This document shows positions 1 to 7,234 of a stretch of 64,000 bases of DNA, piece by piece. Origin of the DNA: Candidatus Poribacteria bacterium (lineage in GTDB: Bacteria; Poribacteria; WGA-4E; WGA-3G); NCBI GenBank assembly GCA_022822085.1, contig JAJECK010000016.1:5786-69785 (forward strand), written 5' to 3'. Every line of letters begins with the position of its first letter. Within the stretch, counting starts at the first letter, position 1. Position numbers and translations under genes: made by a program. Under the pieces are notes generated by a model. The model did no database searches. It was not told where the DNA came from and was given only the letters and a program-made list of their open reading frames with translations.

Positions 1-691
1 GGACCATAAACTCTGTATTACCGATATCTAATGTGCCTGCGGGCAGATTGACATTTCCTAATTGTAATGCCCTATTAATTGCATCAATAGGAAGATTATA
101 GGCTTTCAACCGATCAGGATTTACTTCAATCCATATCTCACGCTCACGCAGCCCAGCAATTTGCACCGATGCGATATTCTTGATTTCTAATACCTCATCT
201 TTTAGATTCTCAGCAATTTCTCGCATCTGTGACTCTGTTATGCTACCACCGACGACAATTGTCAACATTGGGAAACCGGACGCGATATCCAATTCCAATA
301 CTTTGGGATCGTCTAATATTTCCTCTGGTAAATCATTCACCCCATCAACAGCAGTGCGTAGATTTTCCATCTCTTTGTCAAAATCGCGGTCACTCATTTC
401 GTCAAAATCAACCGTAATAATAGATCTACCTTCGGAAGATATTGATAGCATTAAATTGATTTTGTTGACGTTTTCTTCAATCGCATCTTCAATTGGAGCA
501 GATACCAGTTTTTCTACCTCCTCTGGAGACGCACCTGGATATAATGTAGTTACCGTTGCACTCTGTAATGCGATTTCTGGAGTAAGTTCTCTTGGCAGGG
601 TTATCCATGCATACAACCCAAAAATTATAATTATTATCATCAACATATTGGCAAAAACTGGGTTGTTCACAGCTATCTTTGGAATGGACAT
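1..691 (-). CDS. RND-family efflux transporter permease (AcrB/CzcA-like), N-terminal ~230 aa; gene continues past the window start
   Basis: Absent from the ORF track because it runs off the edge. My translation of the minus strand from ATG at 691..689 gives MSIPKIAVNNPVFANMLMIIIIIFGLYAWITLPRELTPEIALQSATVTTLYPGASPEEVEKLVSAPIEDAIEENVNKINLMLSISSEGRSIITVDFDE... This is TM1 followed by a periplasmic porter subdomain, typical of RND pumps. Track ORF 180..695(+) is its low-complexity antisense shadow. Confidence 0.8.
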   Translation of the reverse strand, partial: MSIPKIAVNNPVFANMLMIIIIIFGLYAWITLPRELTPEIALQSATVTTLYPGASPEEVEKLVSAPIEDAIEENVNKINLMLSISSEGRSIITVDFDEMSDRDFDKEMENLRTAVDGVNDLPEEILDDPKVLELDIASGFPMLTIVVGGSITESQMREIAENLKDEVLEIKNIASVQIAGLREREIWIEVNPDRLKAYNLPIDAINRALQLGNVNLPAGTLDIGNTEFMV

Positions 692-777
692 GTAGATTAT
701 CAATCTCCTTGACGTTATTAGGATTGAGGCATACAATCAGTGAAATGGGTGGATATATACTTATCCCCCATTTCTGT

Positions 778-891
778 TATAGTAAAAACCACAATTACCT
801 TTACATTGGCGAGGTTAGGAAACCTCGCCAGCACGAGTGTGTGGGGATTGTTGTTCATTGAAATGTGAACATATTTTTGGATTTTACTATA
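778..891. mobile_element. MITE-like structured intergenic repeat, copy 1 (short form, ~114 bp)
   Basis: The ends TATAGTAAAAACCACAATTA... and ...TATTTTTGGATTTTACTATA form an imperfect ~20-bp terminal inverted repeat (17/20 by my alignment). The core holds a perfect hairpin GGCGAGGTT-AGGA-AACCTCGCC. The same ends and right arm (GTGGGGATTGTTGTTCATTGAAATGTGAACATATTTT) recur at 43063..43213 and 45919..46112. Confidence 0.6.
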
Positions 892-906
892 ATTTATAAC
901 TAAATT

Positions 907-1686
907 TTATCTGTTTGATTTTAGGGCACCCCAAGTAACTGCTAATTTATCAGTTGCCTCAACGGCAGCAATTCCCTTGATTGTCTTCTCCAAACCGTGT
1001 TCTATAATAGTCTGCAAGTCATCTTCTGTTAGAACGGATTTAAAAATTGCCACTTCATCAATTATTCCTTGGAAAAATGAACCGTTGTTCCATCTTCCAA
1101 TAGTAACAGGATCATTATTACCTGCACCTTTTCCATGACGTGTACTTGATCCTTTACGTTCACCGTTGACATATACAACCAGTTGGTCGGCATTTGCATC
1201 GCTATCATAAGTAGCTGCAAAGTGAATCCATTTTTTTGTTTCTGGTACAACAGACGATGCTCTCGGTTCCCATCCACCAATATTGACAAAAGCAGACATT
1301 TTGTTACCTTCTGCAGCTCTATCAACACGTAATAAATATTCATTATTTTTTGCGATGAGTTGCCGGTGCTCGGCTATGTTTGTGACATATAACCACGCCA
1401 TCATTGTATGCTCATCACCAAGTTGTAGATCTGGGGTTGAGTCAATTGCTACGGACTGTCCGCCATTAAATTCAAGTCCATCACCGAATTTACCATCAAC
1501 CCGTTTTGCTCCGGTAATGGTACCTGTGTTTTCTTTTCCTGATAAATCTTCAACTTCATTTCCTCCACCTTCATCAAATAACCAAACGCCGACTGCCTTC
1601 TCAGGGTCAATTTCAGCTGATGTAATATGAGGGAACATATATCCGATCAAACAAGTAATTCCAATAAGCAAGACTATTTTTCGCAT
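907..1686 (-). CDS. Secreted LamG / concanavalin-A-like lectin-fold protein
   Basis: Signal peptide MRKIVLLIGITCLIGYMFPHITSA. The body follows the LamG pattern (DLSGKENTGTITGAKRVDGKFGDGLEFNGG..., ...GIIDEVAIFKSVLTEDDL). It ends in DKLAVTWGALKSNR, the C-terminal tail shared with three other secreted proteins in this window. Confidence 0.75.
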   Translation of the reverse strand: MRKIVLLIGITCLIGYMFPHITSAEIDPEKAVGVWLFDEGGGNEVEDLSGKENTGTITGAKRVDGKFGDGLEFNGGQSVAIDSTPDLQLGDEHTMMAWLYVTNIAEHRQLIAKNNEYLLRVDRAAEGNKMSAFVNIGGWEPRASSVVPETKKWIHFAATYDSDANADQLVVYVNGERKGSSTRHGKGAGNNDPVTIGRWNNGSFFQGIIDEVAIFKSVLTEDDLQTIIEHGLEKTIKGIAAVEATDKLAVTWGALKSNR

Positions 1687-1902
1687 GTTTACTCCTTCAT
1701 TAATTCAGTATTTTAATCTCCACAATGATGGGAATAAGTATAGAATATGATTAATTACAACTATGACCAATTCAACAACTCTTAAATTATACAATTTTAC
1801 GATGTGTAATGGCAATGATAAATCACGCAACCATCGTTTTAATCACAATTTAAGGTTGTTTTCCTTTCATATTCTCAAAATGTATGATAATATTAACATA
1901 TT

Positions 1903-3177
1903 ATGAGAATATATAGAGCAATTCTTATCGGTTGGGTAATTCTAATTTCAGGTTGTGGGCTCTTTTCCACGAAACAGGTTGAAACACATCCCCCGACTGT
2001 CCCTATCAATCCACTTGAACAATTACGTGCCGATGTCGATGTAGTATTACAGGATGTATTGTTTGATTCCGCAAGTATAGGTATAAAAGTCGTTGCAGTT
2101 GAAACAGGCGAGGTGATTTATGCCAAAAACGCACACAAATTGCACCATCCCGCTTCCACAACGAAACTTTTTACAGCTGCAACTGCATTAGCAAAACTGG
2201 GATCAAACTTTCGATTTGAGACGACATTTTATACAGCTGGTACAACAGATGCACATGTGACTGAAAACCTATACCTCAAAGGAAGCGGTGACCCTTTACT
2301 TGATTCTGCAGATATTGAAGCATTATGCAAGACTTTAGTTGAATCAGGCATAAAGTTAATTAAAGGAAATATTGTCGTTGATGAAACATATTTTGACACT
2401 GTCCGAGAAGGACCTGGTTGGATGTGGGATGACAGACCATTCCATGTGAGTGCGTTAAGTATTCGCGATATTGAACCTGATGTAATAACTGGTAGCAGAG
2501 CAATCGCATGTGGGAATCTGCTGAAAACAACTCTCGGACAAAATGGTGTGGATATATCTGGAGACGTGATTTCAGGGACAGTCCCATCGGATGCAAAGAT
2601 TATTGCAAATCATCTATCACCACCACTTTCTGACATTATCAAATTGATGAACAAACCGAGTGATAATTGGATTGCGGAGCTCTTGTTCAAAACTATCGGA
2701 GCAGAGGTTAAAGGTGAACCCGGAACGTGGCGGAAAGGGAGGGATGCTGTTACCGAATTTTTAGGGGAAATTATGAGTGAACCACCTGCACATCGTTTTG
2801 TAGACGGTTCTGGACTTTCTCGGTACAATCTGCTCAACGCTGAATTACTAACAAATTTGCTCGTCTATATGTCCCACAACTTTGAGTTGATACCAGAATT
2901 TACTGCATCATTGCCAATTGCGGGTGTTGATGGTACATTGAAAAATCGGATGCAAGCGATGTCCGCTGAAAAAACATTGCGCGCAAAAACGGGAACGTTA
3001 AGCGGTGTTTCGGCACTTGCGGGTTACACAAACACAGCAGACGGTGAAATGTTGGCTTTCGGTATCCTCATAAGTCATTATGTTGGATCGGCGGCAACGG
3101 CGCGTGGGATACAAGATAAGATTGGGAATTATTTGACTCAGTTTAGGCGGCATCTACAGGGAAACGCTAGAGATTAG
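1903..3177 (+). CDS. dacB: D-alanyl-D-alanine carboxypeptidase/endopeptidase, PBP4 family (peptidase S13)
   Basis: Ordered SxxK (ASTTKLF), SxN (KPSDNW) and KTG (AKTGTLSG) motifs. Lipoprotein-like signal (VILISGC). Size is 424 aa. Confidence 0.85.
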   Translation: MRIYRAILIGWVILISGCGLFSTKQVETHPPTVPINPLEQLRADVDVVLQDVLFDSASIGIKVVAVETGEVIYAKNAHKLHHPASTTKLFTAATALAKLGSNFRFETTFYTAGTTDAHVTENLYLKGSGDPLLDSADIEALCKTLVESGIKLIKGNIVVDETYFDTVREGPGWMWDDRPFHVSALSIRDIEPDVITGSRAIACGNLLKTTLGQNGVDISGDVISGTVPSDAKIIANHLSPPLSDIIKLMNKPSDNWIAELLFKTIGAEVKGEPGTWRKGRDAVTEFLGEIMSEPPAHRFVDGSGLSRYNLLNAELLTNLLVYMSHNFELIPEFTASLPIAGVDGTLKNRMQAMSAEKTLRAKTGTLSGVSALAGYTNTADGEMLAFGILISHYVGSAATARGIQDKIGNYLTQFRRHLQGNARD

Positions 3178-3232
3178 CTGCAATGAGACAAGTAGAAGTG
3201 TTTAAGTGCCCTATCTTATTGATATAAATTTC

Positions 3233-3261
3233 TTGCAAATTAAACTTTTGCATGTTATAAT
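3233..3261 (+). promoter_or_regulatory. Sigma70-type promoter with extended -10, upstream of the mazF-associated operon
   Basis: TTGCAA (3233-3238), a 17-nt spacer, then TGT-TATAAT (-10 at 3256-3261). It lies ~90-200 nt upstream of the candidate starts of ORF 3353/3455. Confidence 0.5.
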
Positions 3262-3352
3262 GATTCCAAAGGCAGATTAATTGTGAATCTCACAATTTTT
3301 ATGATTTTTTCCTGACAACGACATTTTTCCATGGTATACTGAGCCCTGATCC

Positions 3353-3913
3353 TTGTTATATTGCTCAAACAAACGAAATTTAAACGTTAATGAAACCCGT
3401 AGAACTAAAACACACGTTAAGAGAATAGGAACGGAGGGACAGTTCTTATCACCGTTGAAAGTGGAAGATTATCAGAAGCTTATATCGGCCCGGGATAAGT
3501 TAATCAATACCATTGGTACGGATGAAAATCATCCGTTAACTCCCTTGGCACACTTCATGGGGAACCTCATTGAGAAATACAAGGAGGACTCTAACGTGAA
3601 AACCAGAAATGAAACTTTAGACACAAACAAAAGTTTAGCAGATGCTGTTTTCAAACCGCATCGTCCTGAAAAAACAGGGCGTCCCGCCGATCTCCCGCGT
3701 TTGAAACTCGCGGACCTGTTAGCACAGGAACCCAACACAGATAGGTCCAGCAAGCCTGTTGAAACCCCTCCCAACCCGCATCGTCCTGAAAAAACAGGGC
3801 GTCCCGCCGATCTCCCGCGTTTGAAACTCGCGGACCTGTTAGCACAGGAACCCGAGCATGCAGCCTCATGTGAAACAGACACCGGACCAGCAGTAGGGCA
3901 TGAAGTGTGGTAG
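3353..3913 (+). CDS. MazF-associated antitoxin-like protein: HigA-N-terminus-like helical module plus a duplicated 40-aa C-terminal segment
   Basis: Sits directly upstream of mazF and overlaps it by 7 nt. The segment YQKLISARDKLINTIGTDENHPLTPLAHFMGNLIEKYKED aligns (17/40 identical) with the N-terminal module of ORF 7235. PHRPEKTGRPADLPRLKLADLLAQEP occurs twice. The start is uncertain; the TTG at 3455 (MKVEDYQ...) is plausible. Confidence 0.55.
   Translation: MLYCSNKRNLNVNETRRTKTHVKRIGTEGQFLSPLKVEDYQKLISARDKLINTIGTDENHPLTPLAHFMGNLIEKYKEDSNVKTRNETLDTNKSLADAVFKPHRPEKTGRPADLPRLKLADLLAQEPNTDRSSKPVETPPNPHRPEKTGRPADLPRLKLADLLAQEPEHAASCETDTGPAVGHEVW
3656..3853 (+). repeat. Perfect 78-bp direct repeat (3656-3733 and 3776-3853), period 120 bp, in frame inside the antitoxin-like gene
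   Basis: Direct comparison of lines 3661-3733 and 3781-3853 shows identical sequence: CCGCATCGTCCTGAAAAAACAGGGCGTCCCGCCGATCTCCCGCGTTTGAAACTCGCGGACCTGTTAGCACAGGAACCC. The 42-bp spacer is unique. Confidence 0.95.
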
Positions 3914-4278
3914 CAGCAGCTCATTACAATCCAAATTACATCCCAGTGCGAGGAGATGTAATAGGTATTGACTTCAGTCCGCAAGCAGGCAAAGAGATTT
4001 GGGATTGGCGACCGGCCCTTGTTCTCTCTTCTTGGGATTTTAACAGCACGAAAAATGCGGCGGTTATGTGCCCAATCACCAGTACAGGGAGAGGAGGGGC
4101 CTTTGAGGTTGAAATCCCGGAAGGTATAGACGTACAAGGTGTTATTCGGGCAGACCAGGTAAAGAGTCAAGATTGGCGGGAAAGAAGATCGGTGTTTTGG
4201 TGTGAGATGTCTGATGATACGGTAAATGCAGTTTCCCAGATAGTTGAAACAATTATATGGGGAGATCCGCAACCGTGA
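3907..4278 (+). CDS. mazF: Type II toxin, MazF/PemK family endoribonuclease
   Basis: IPVRGDVIGIDFSPQAGKEIWDWRPALVLS...AAVMCPITSTGRGGAFEVEIPEG..QGVIRADQVKSQDWRER matches the MazF/PemK pattern. GTG start overlaps the upstream ORF's stop. Confidence 0.85.
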   Translation: MVAAAHYNPNYIPVRGDVIGIDFSPQAGKEIWDWRPALVLSSWDFNSTKNAAVMCPITSTGRGGAFEVEIPEGIDVQGVIRADQVKSQDWRERRSVFWCEMSDDTVNAVSQIVETIIWGDPQP

Positions 4279-4481
4279 CAGGAAAAAGAGCAAGATGTAA
4301 GTGAGGGGTTGAGTTTAAGCGGCTAAAACAGAAATTAGACTAATTCTTTAAATGGCTGGGTAATCCGTGGAAATAGGACTGTTTCTGTAGGAACTATTCC
4401 ACTAATAATAAACTAATTTCAACCCACAAAATTATCTAACTTAAGTCACACCATCCTTAAGACACATTATCAGGAAAATCT

Positions 4482-5183
4482 GTGGACACAAAAACCCTAA
4501 TTGAACTCATAGAGAAGTTTGTGGATTCAGAGAAATCTGGAGAAGTTAAGGAAACTGTGCGGGAGGAACTACAGAATACCGAATTGTCTGTCATAGACAG
4601 AGCGATAATTAACGCTTACCTACTGCAACAAGATGGAAAAATAGAAGGTGCAATTGAAAAGTGGCATTCAATCGCAAATATAACAGAAGGAATAGAAAAC
4701 GAAATTGCCGCCTATGCCTGGTTTTCCATTGCATCCCTCCTTACACAAGACGATCAGAAAGAAGAGGCACTCTCCGCTTACGACAAATCACTCAATCTCA
4801 ATCCAAATTACGCTGTCACTTACAATGACCGAGGTGCTACGAAATCGCTGCTCGGACAGTTTGAGTCCGCAATTTCTGACTACGACGAAGCGATACGCCT
4901 AAAACCTGATTATGCGGATGCATATTACAACCGCGGAGGCGCGAAGAACGAACTAAAGCAATACGAACCCGCTATCGCTGATTATGATGAGGCGATACGC
5001 CTGGAACCAGACCACGCAGACGCATACTACAACCGCGGCATTGCAAAAGGTGAATTGAAGCAATATGAAGCTGCCATCGCTGACTATGACGAGGCGATAC
5101 GCCTAAAGCCTGATTATACAGATGCGTATTACAACCGAGGCACTGCAAAGAACGAAATTTACCACCATGAAGCCGCCCTATGA
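4482..5183 (+). CDS. TPR-repeat protein, N-terminal portion (probably the 5' part of one long TPR gene, 4482..6666)
   Basis: After a ~100-aa unique N-terminus, the 34-aa consensus AYYNRG.AK..L.QYE.AIADYDEAIRL.PDYA repeats. The ORF ends inside a repeat unit (..GTAKNEIYHHEAAL*), and the next ORF continues the same repeat in the +1 frame. Confidence 0.7.
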   Translation: MDTKTLIELIEKFVDSEKSGEVKETVREELQNTELSVIDRAIINAYLLQQDGKIEGAIEKWHSIANITEGIENEIAAYAWFSIASLLTQDDQKEEALSAYDKSLNLNPNYAVTYNDRGATKSLLGQFESAISDYDEAIRLKPDYADAYYNRGGAKNELKQYEPAIADYDEAIRLEPDHADAYYNRGIAKGELKQYEAAIADYDEAIRLKPDYTDAYYNRGTAKNEIYHHEAAL

Positions 5184-6666
5184 GGCTGCGATTGCCGACT
5201 TTGATGAAACAATTCGCCTTAAACCAGATGATGCTTCTGCCTATTCCAACCGAGGCTATGCAAAGAGCCAAATCAACCAACTTGAGGATGCAATTGCAGA
5301 CTGTAATGAGGCAGTCCGGTTAGATCCAACTTTGGCCGTAGCCTACAATAGGCGCGGGATTTTGAAGAGCGGGTTAGGACAGCACGAGCCTGCCATTGCT
5401 GACTATGATGAGACAATCCGATTGGATCCAGAGTATCACTTTGGCTATGCGAATCGGGGTCGTGAAAAAAACAAACTTGGGCAACATGAGTCTGCTATTT
5501 CTGATTTTGATGAAGCCATTAGGCTAAAACCGGATAACGCCAATGCTTATACCCACCGAGGTTTTGCAAAGGAAAAACTCGGACAACGGGAAGAGGCCGT
5601 AGCAGATTATGAAGAGGCGATTACTCGTTATGGTGAGTTAATTCGTATCAATCCAAATTCTGCCAATGCTTACCACTCGCGAGGATATGTAAAAGACGAC
5701 TTAGGACAATACGAGGCTGCGATTGCCGATTATGATGAGGCAATACGACTAAATCCAAATTACGTCACAGCATACGGCAATCGGGGATTTACGAAGAGAA
5801 AATTAGGTCAATATGAGGCTGCGATTGCTGACTATGATGAGGCAATACGACTAAATCCAAATCATGCTGTTGCCTACTACAATCGAGGTTTGGCGAAAAG
5901 ACAGTTAGGACAACATGAGGCTGCGATTGCTGATTATGATGAGGCAATACGACTAAATCCAGGCGATCCGGATCCGATAGATTACAACAGTCGAGGGTAT
6001 GCCAAAAGACTGTTGGGACAATATGAGGCTGCGATTACTGATTACGATGAGGCAATACGACTAAATCCAAATTATGCTCTTGCCTACAATAATCGTGGTT
6101 ACGTGAAGCAGTTGTTAGGACAATACGAGGCTGCTATCGCCGATTATGATGAGGTAATACGGTTAGATCCCAGTGCCGTACGATATAACAGCCGAGGTTA
6201 TATCAAAGAGAAACTTGGACAGCACGAAGACGCTCGTCCAGACTATGAACAGGCTGTCGATAACTATGATGAGCAGATTCGCCTTAAGCCAGATGATGAT
6301 GTCGCTTACCATGGCCGTGGACTTGCAAAGATACGGTTAGGCGAATTTGAGTCTGCGATTGCGGACTGTGATGAGGCAATACGTCTTGACCCAAGTACTT
6401 CAAGCACCTATAGCAATCGTGGCAGAGCAAAGAATGAATTAGAGCAATATGAGTCTTCCTTGATTGATTGTAATGAAGCGATCCGTCTCAAATCGGATAA
6501 TGCTTTTGCATACAAAAACCGAGGAATTGCATATACCGGATTAGGGCAGATTCAGGAAGCAAAATCGGATTATCAAACTGCGCTGAAGTTGTTAGAACAG
6601 GTCCGCAATGAAAGTCTCAAAGTCGAAATAGAGGAATTACTCCAAGAACTTGAGAACATCAAGTAG
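5167..6666 (+). CDS. TPR-repeat protein (continuation of 4482..5183 after a frame change; the ATG at 5167 is a possible independent start)
   Basis: About 14 highly regular TPR units (LGQYEAAIADYDEAIRLNPNYA.AY.NRG). The C-terminal tail ...LKLLEQVRNESLKVEIEELLQELENIK is paralogous to the end of ORF 7235..9112. Confidence 0.75.
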   Translation: MKPPYEAAIADFDETIRLKPDDASAYSNRGYAKSQINQLEDAIADCNEAVRLDPTLAVAYNRRGILKSGLGQHEPAIADYDETIRLDPEYHFGYANRGREKNKLGQHESAISDFDEAIRLKPDNANAYTHRGFAKEKLGQREEAVADYEEAITRYGELIRINPNSANAYHSRGYVKDDLGQYEAAIADYDEAIRLNPNYVTAYGNRGFTKRKLGQYEAAIADYDEAIRLNPNHAVAYYNRGLAKRQLGQHEAAIADYDEAIRLNPGDPDPIDYNSRGYAKRLLGQYEAAITDYDEAIRLNPNYALAYNNRGYVKQLLGQYEAAIADYDEVIRLDPSAVRYNSRGYIKEKLGQHEDARPDYEQAVDNYDEQIRLKPDDDVAYHGRGLAKIRLGEFESAIADCDEAIRLDPSTSSTYSNRGRAKNELEQYESSLIDCNEAIRLKSDNAFAYKNRGIAYTGLGQIQEAKSDYQTALKLLEQVRNESLKVEIEELLQELENIK

Positions 6667-6751
6667 AATCAATTAACTACGAAATTTAACGAACACCGAT
6701 ATGCGAAAACGGCATGATGTATACCCTTATCAAATTATCAAATCACTTTTC

Positions 6752-6780
6752 TTGCTACATAGGTCCTCGCGTGGTATAAT
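6752..6780 (+). promoter_or_regulatory. Sigma70-type promoter with extended -10, upstream of higB
   Basis: TTGCTA (6752-6757), a 17-nt spacer, then TGG-TATAAT (-10 at 6775-6780). It lies ~130 nt upstream of the higB ATG. Confidence 0.5.
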
Positions 6781-6910
6781 ATTAACGGTTTTGAGATGCG
6801 GATCTAATAAGATGGCGTAATTTTATCTTCACAGTGTCTACGGATCCTTTACTGGTATCCTAAGAATAGATGTAGACCTTAATATAACAAATACACTACA
6901 CGACTCTTTT

Positions 6911-7231
6911 ATGCAAATTGTTAGAGAAAATGAGTTGGCGAAATTTGCAGAGCAACATCCGAATACTCGCGCATCCCTCAACCATTGGGCGCAATTAATG
7001 AGAGAAGGAAGTTTCAAGTCAATTATTGACTTGCGAGAAACGTTCGGACGCGTTTCCCCGGTGAAGGTACGACCCAGAAGATTTAATCGTGATTCAATAA
7101 CATTAACAGTTTTCAACATTAGTGGCAACGATGCCCGTCTTATTGCAATTGTCCAATACTCGATGCAAACTGTGATTATTGATCAAGTGCTAACGCACAG
7201 CGAATACGATGCAGGAGATTGGAGAAAGTGA
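6911..7231 (+). CDS. higB: Type II toxin, HigB family (RelE-fold mRNA interferase, HigB_toxin type)
   Basis: 106 aa. ..LAKFAEQHPNTRASLNHWAQLMREGSFKSIIDLRETFG....TVFNISGNDARLIAIVQYSMQTVIIDQVLTHSEYDAGDW matches the remembered HigB pattern (...W....A.W.SP.D.K......S.....VFNI.GN.YRLI..I.Y....V.I..V.TH.EYD). Confidence 0.8.
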   Translation: MQIVRENELAKFAEQHPNTRASLNHWAQLMREGSFKSIIDLRETFGRVSPVKVRPRRFNRDSITLTVFNISGNDARLIAIVQYSMQTVIIDQVLTHSEYDAGDWRK

Positions 7232-7234
7232 CCT

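Noticed and set aside
180-695. Track ORF of 171 aa on the + strand at the window start
   Set aside because: The product is low-complexity and Ser/Ile-rich. It lies exactly antisense to a well-formed RND-transporter N-terminus (minus strand, ATG 691), so it is treated as a shadow ORF.
3529-4293. 254-aa minus-strand ORF covering the antitoxin-like gene and mazF
   Set aside because: It is antisense to two genes that have recognisable motifs and coupled start/stop codons. Its length is inflated by the 78-bp duplication. It has no recognisable motif.
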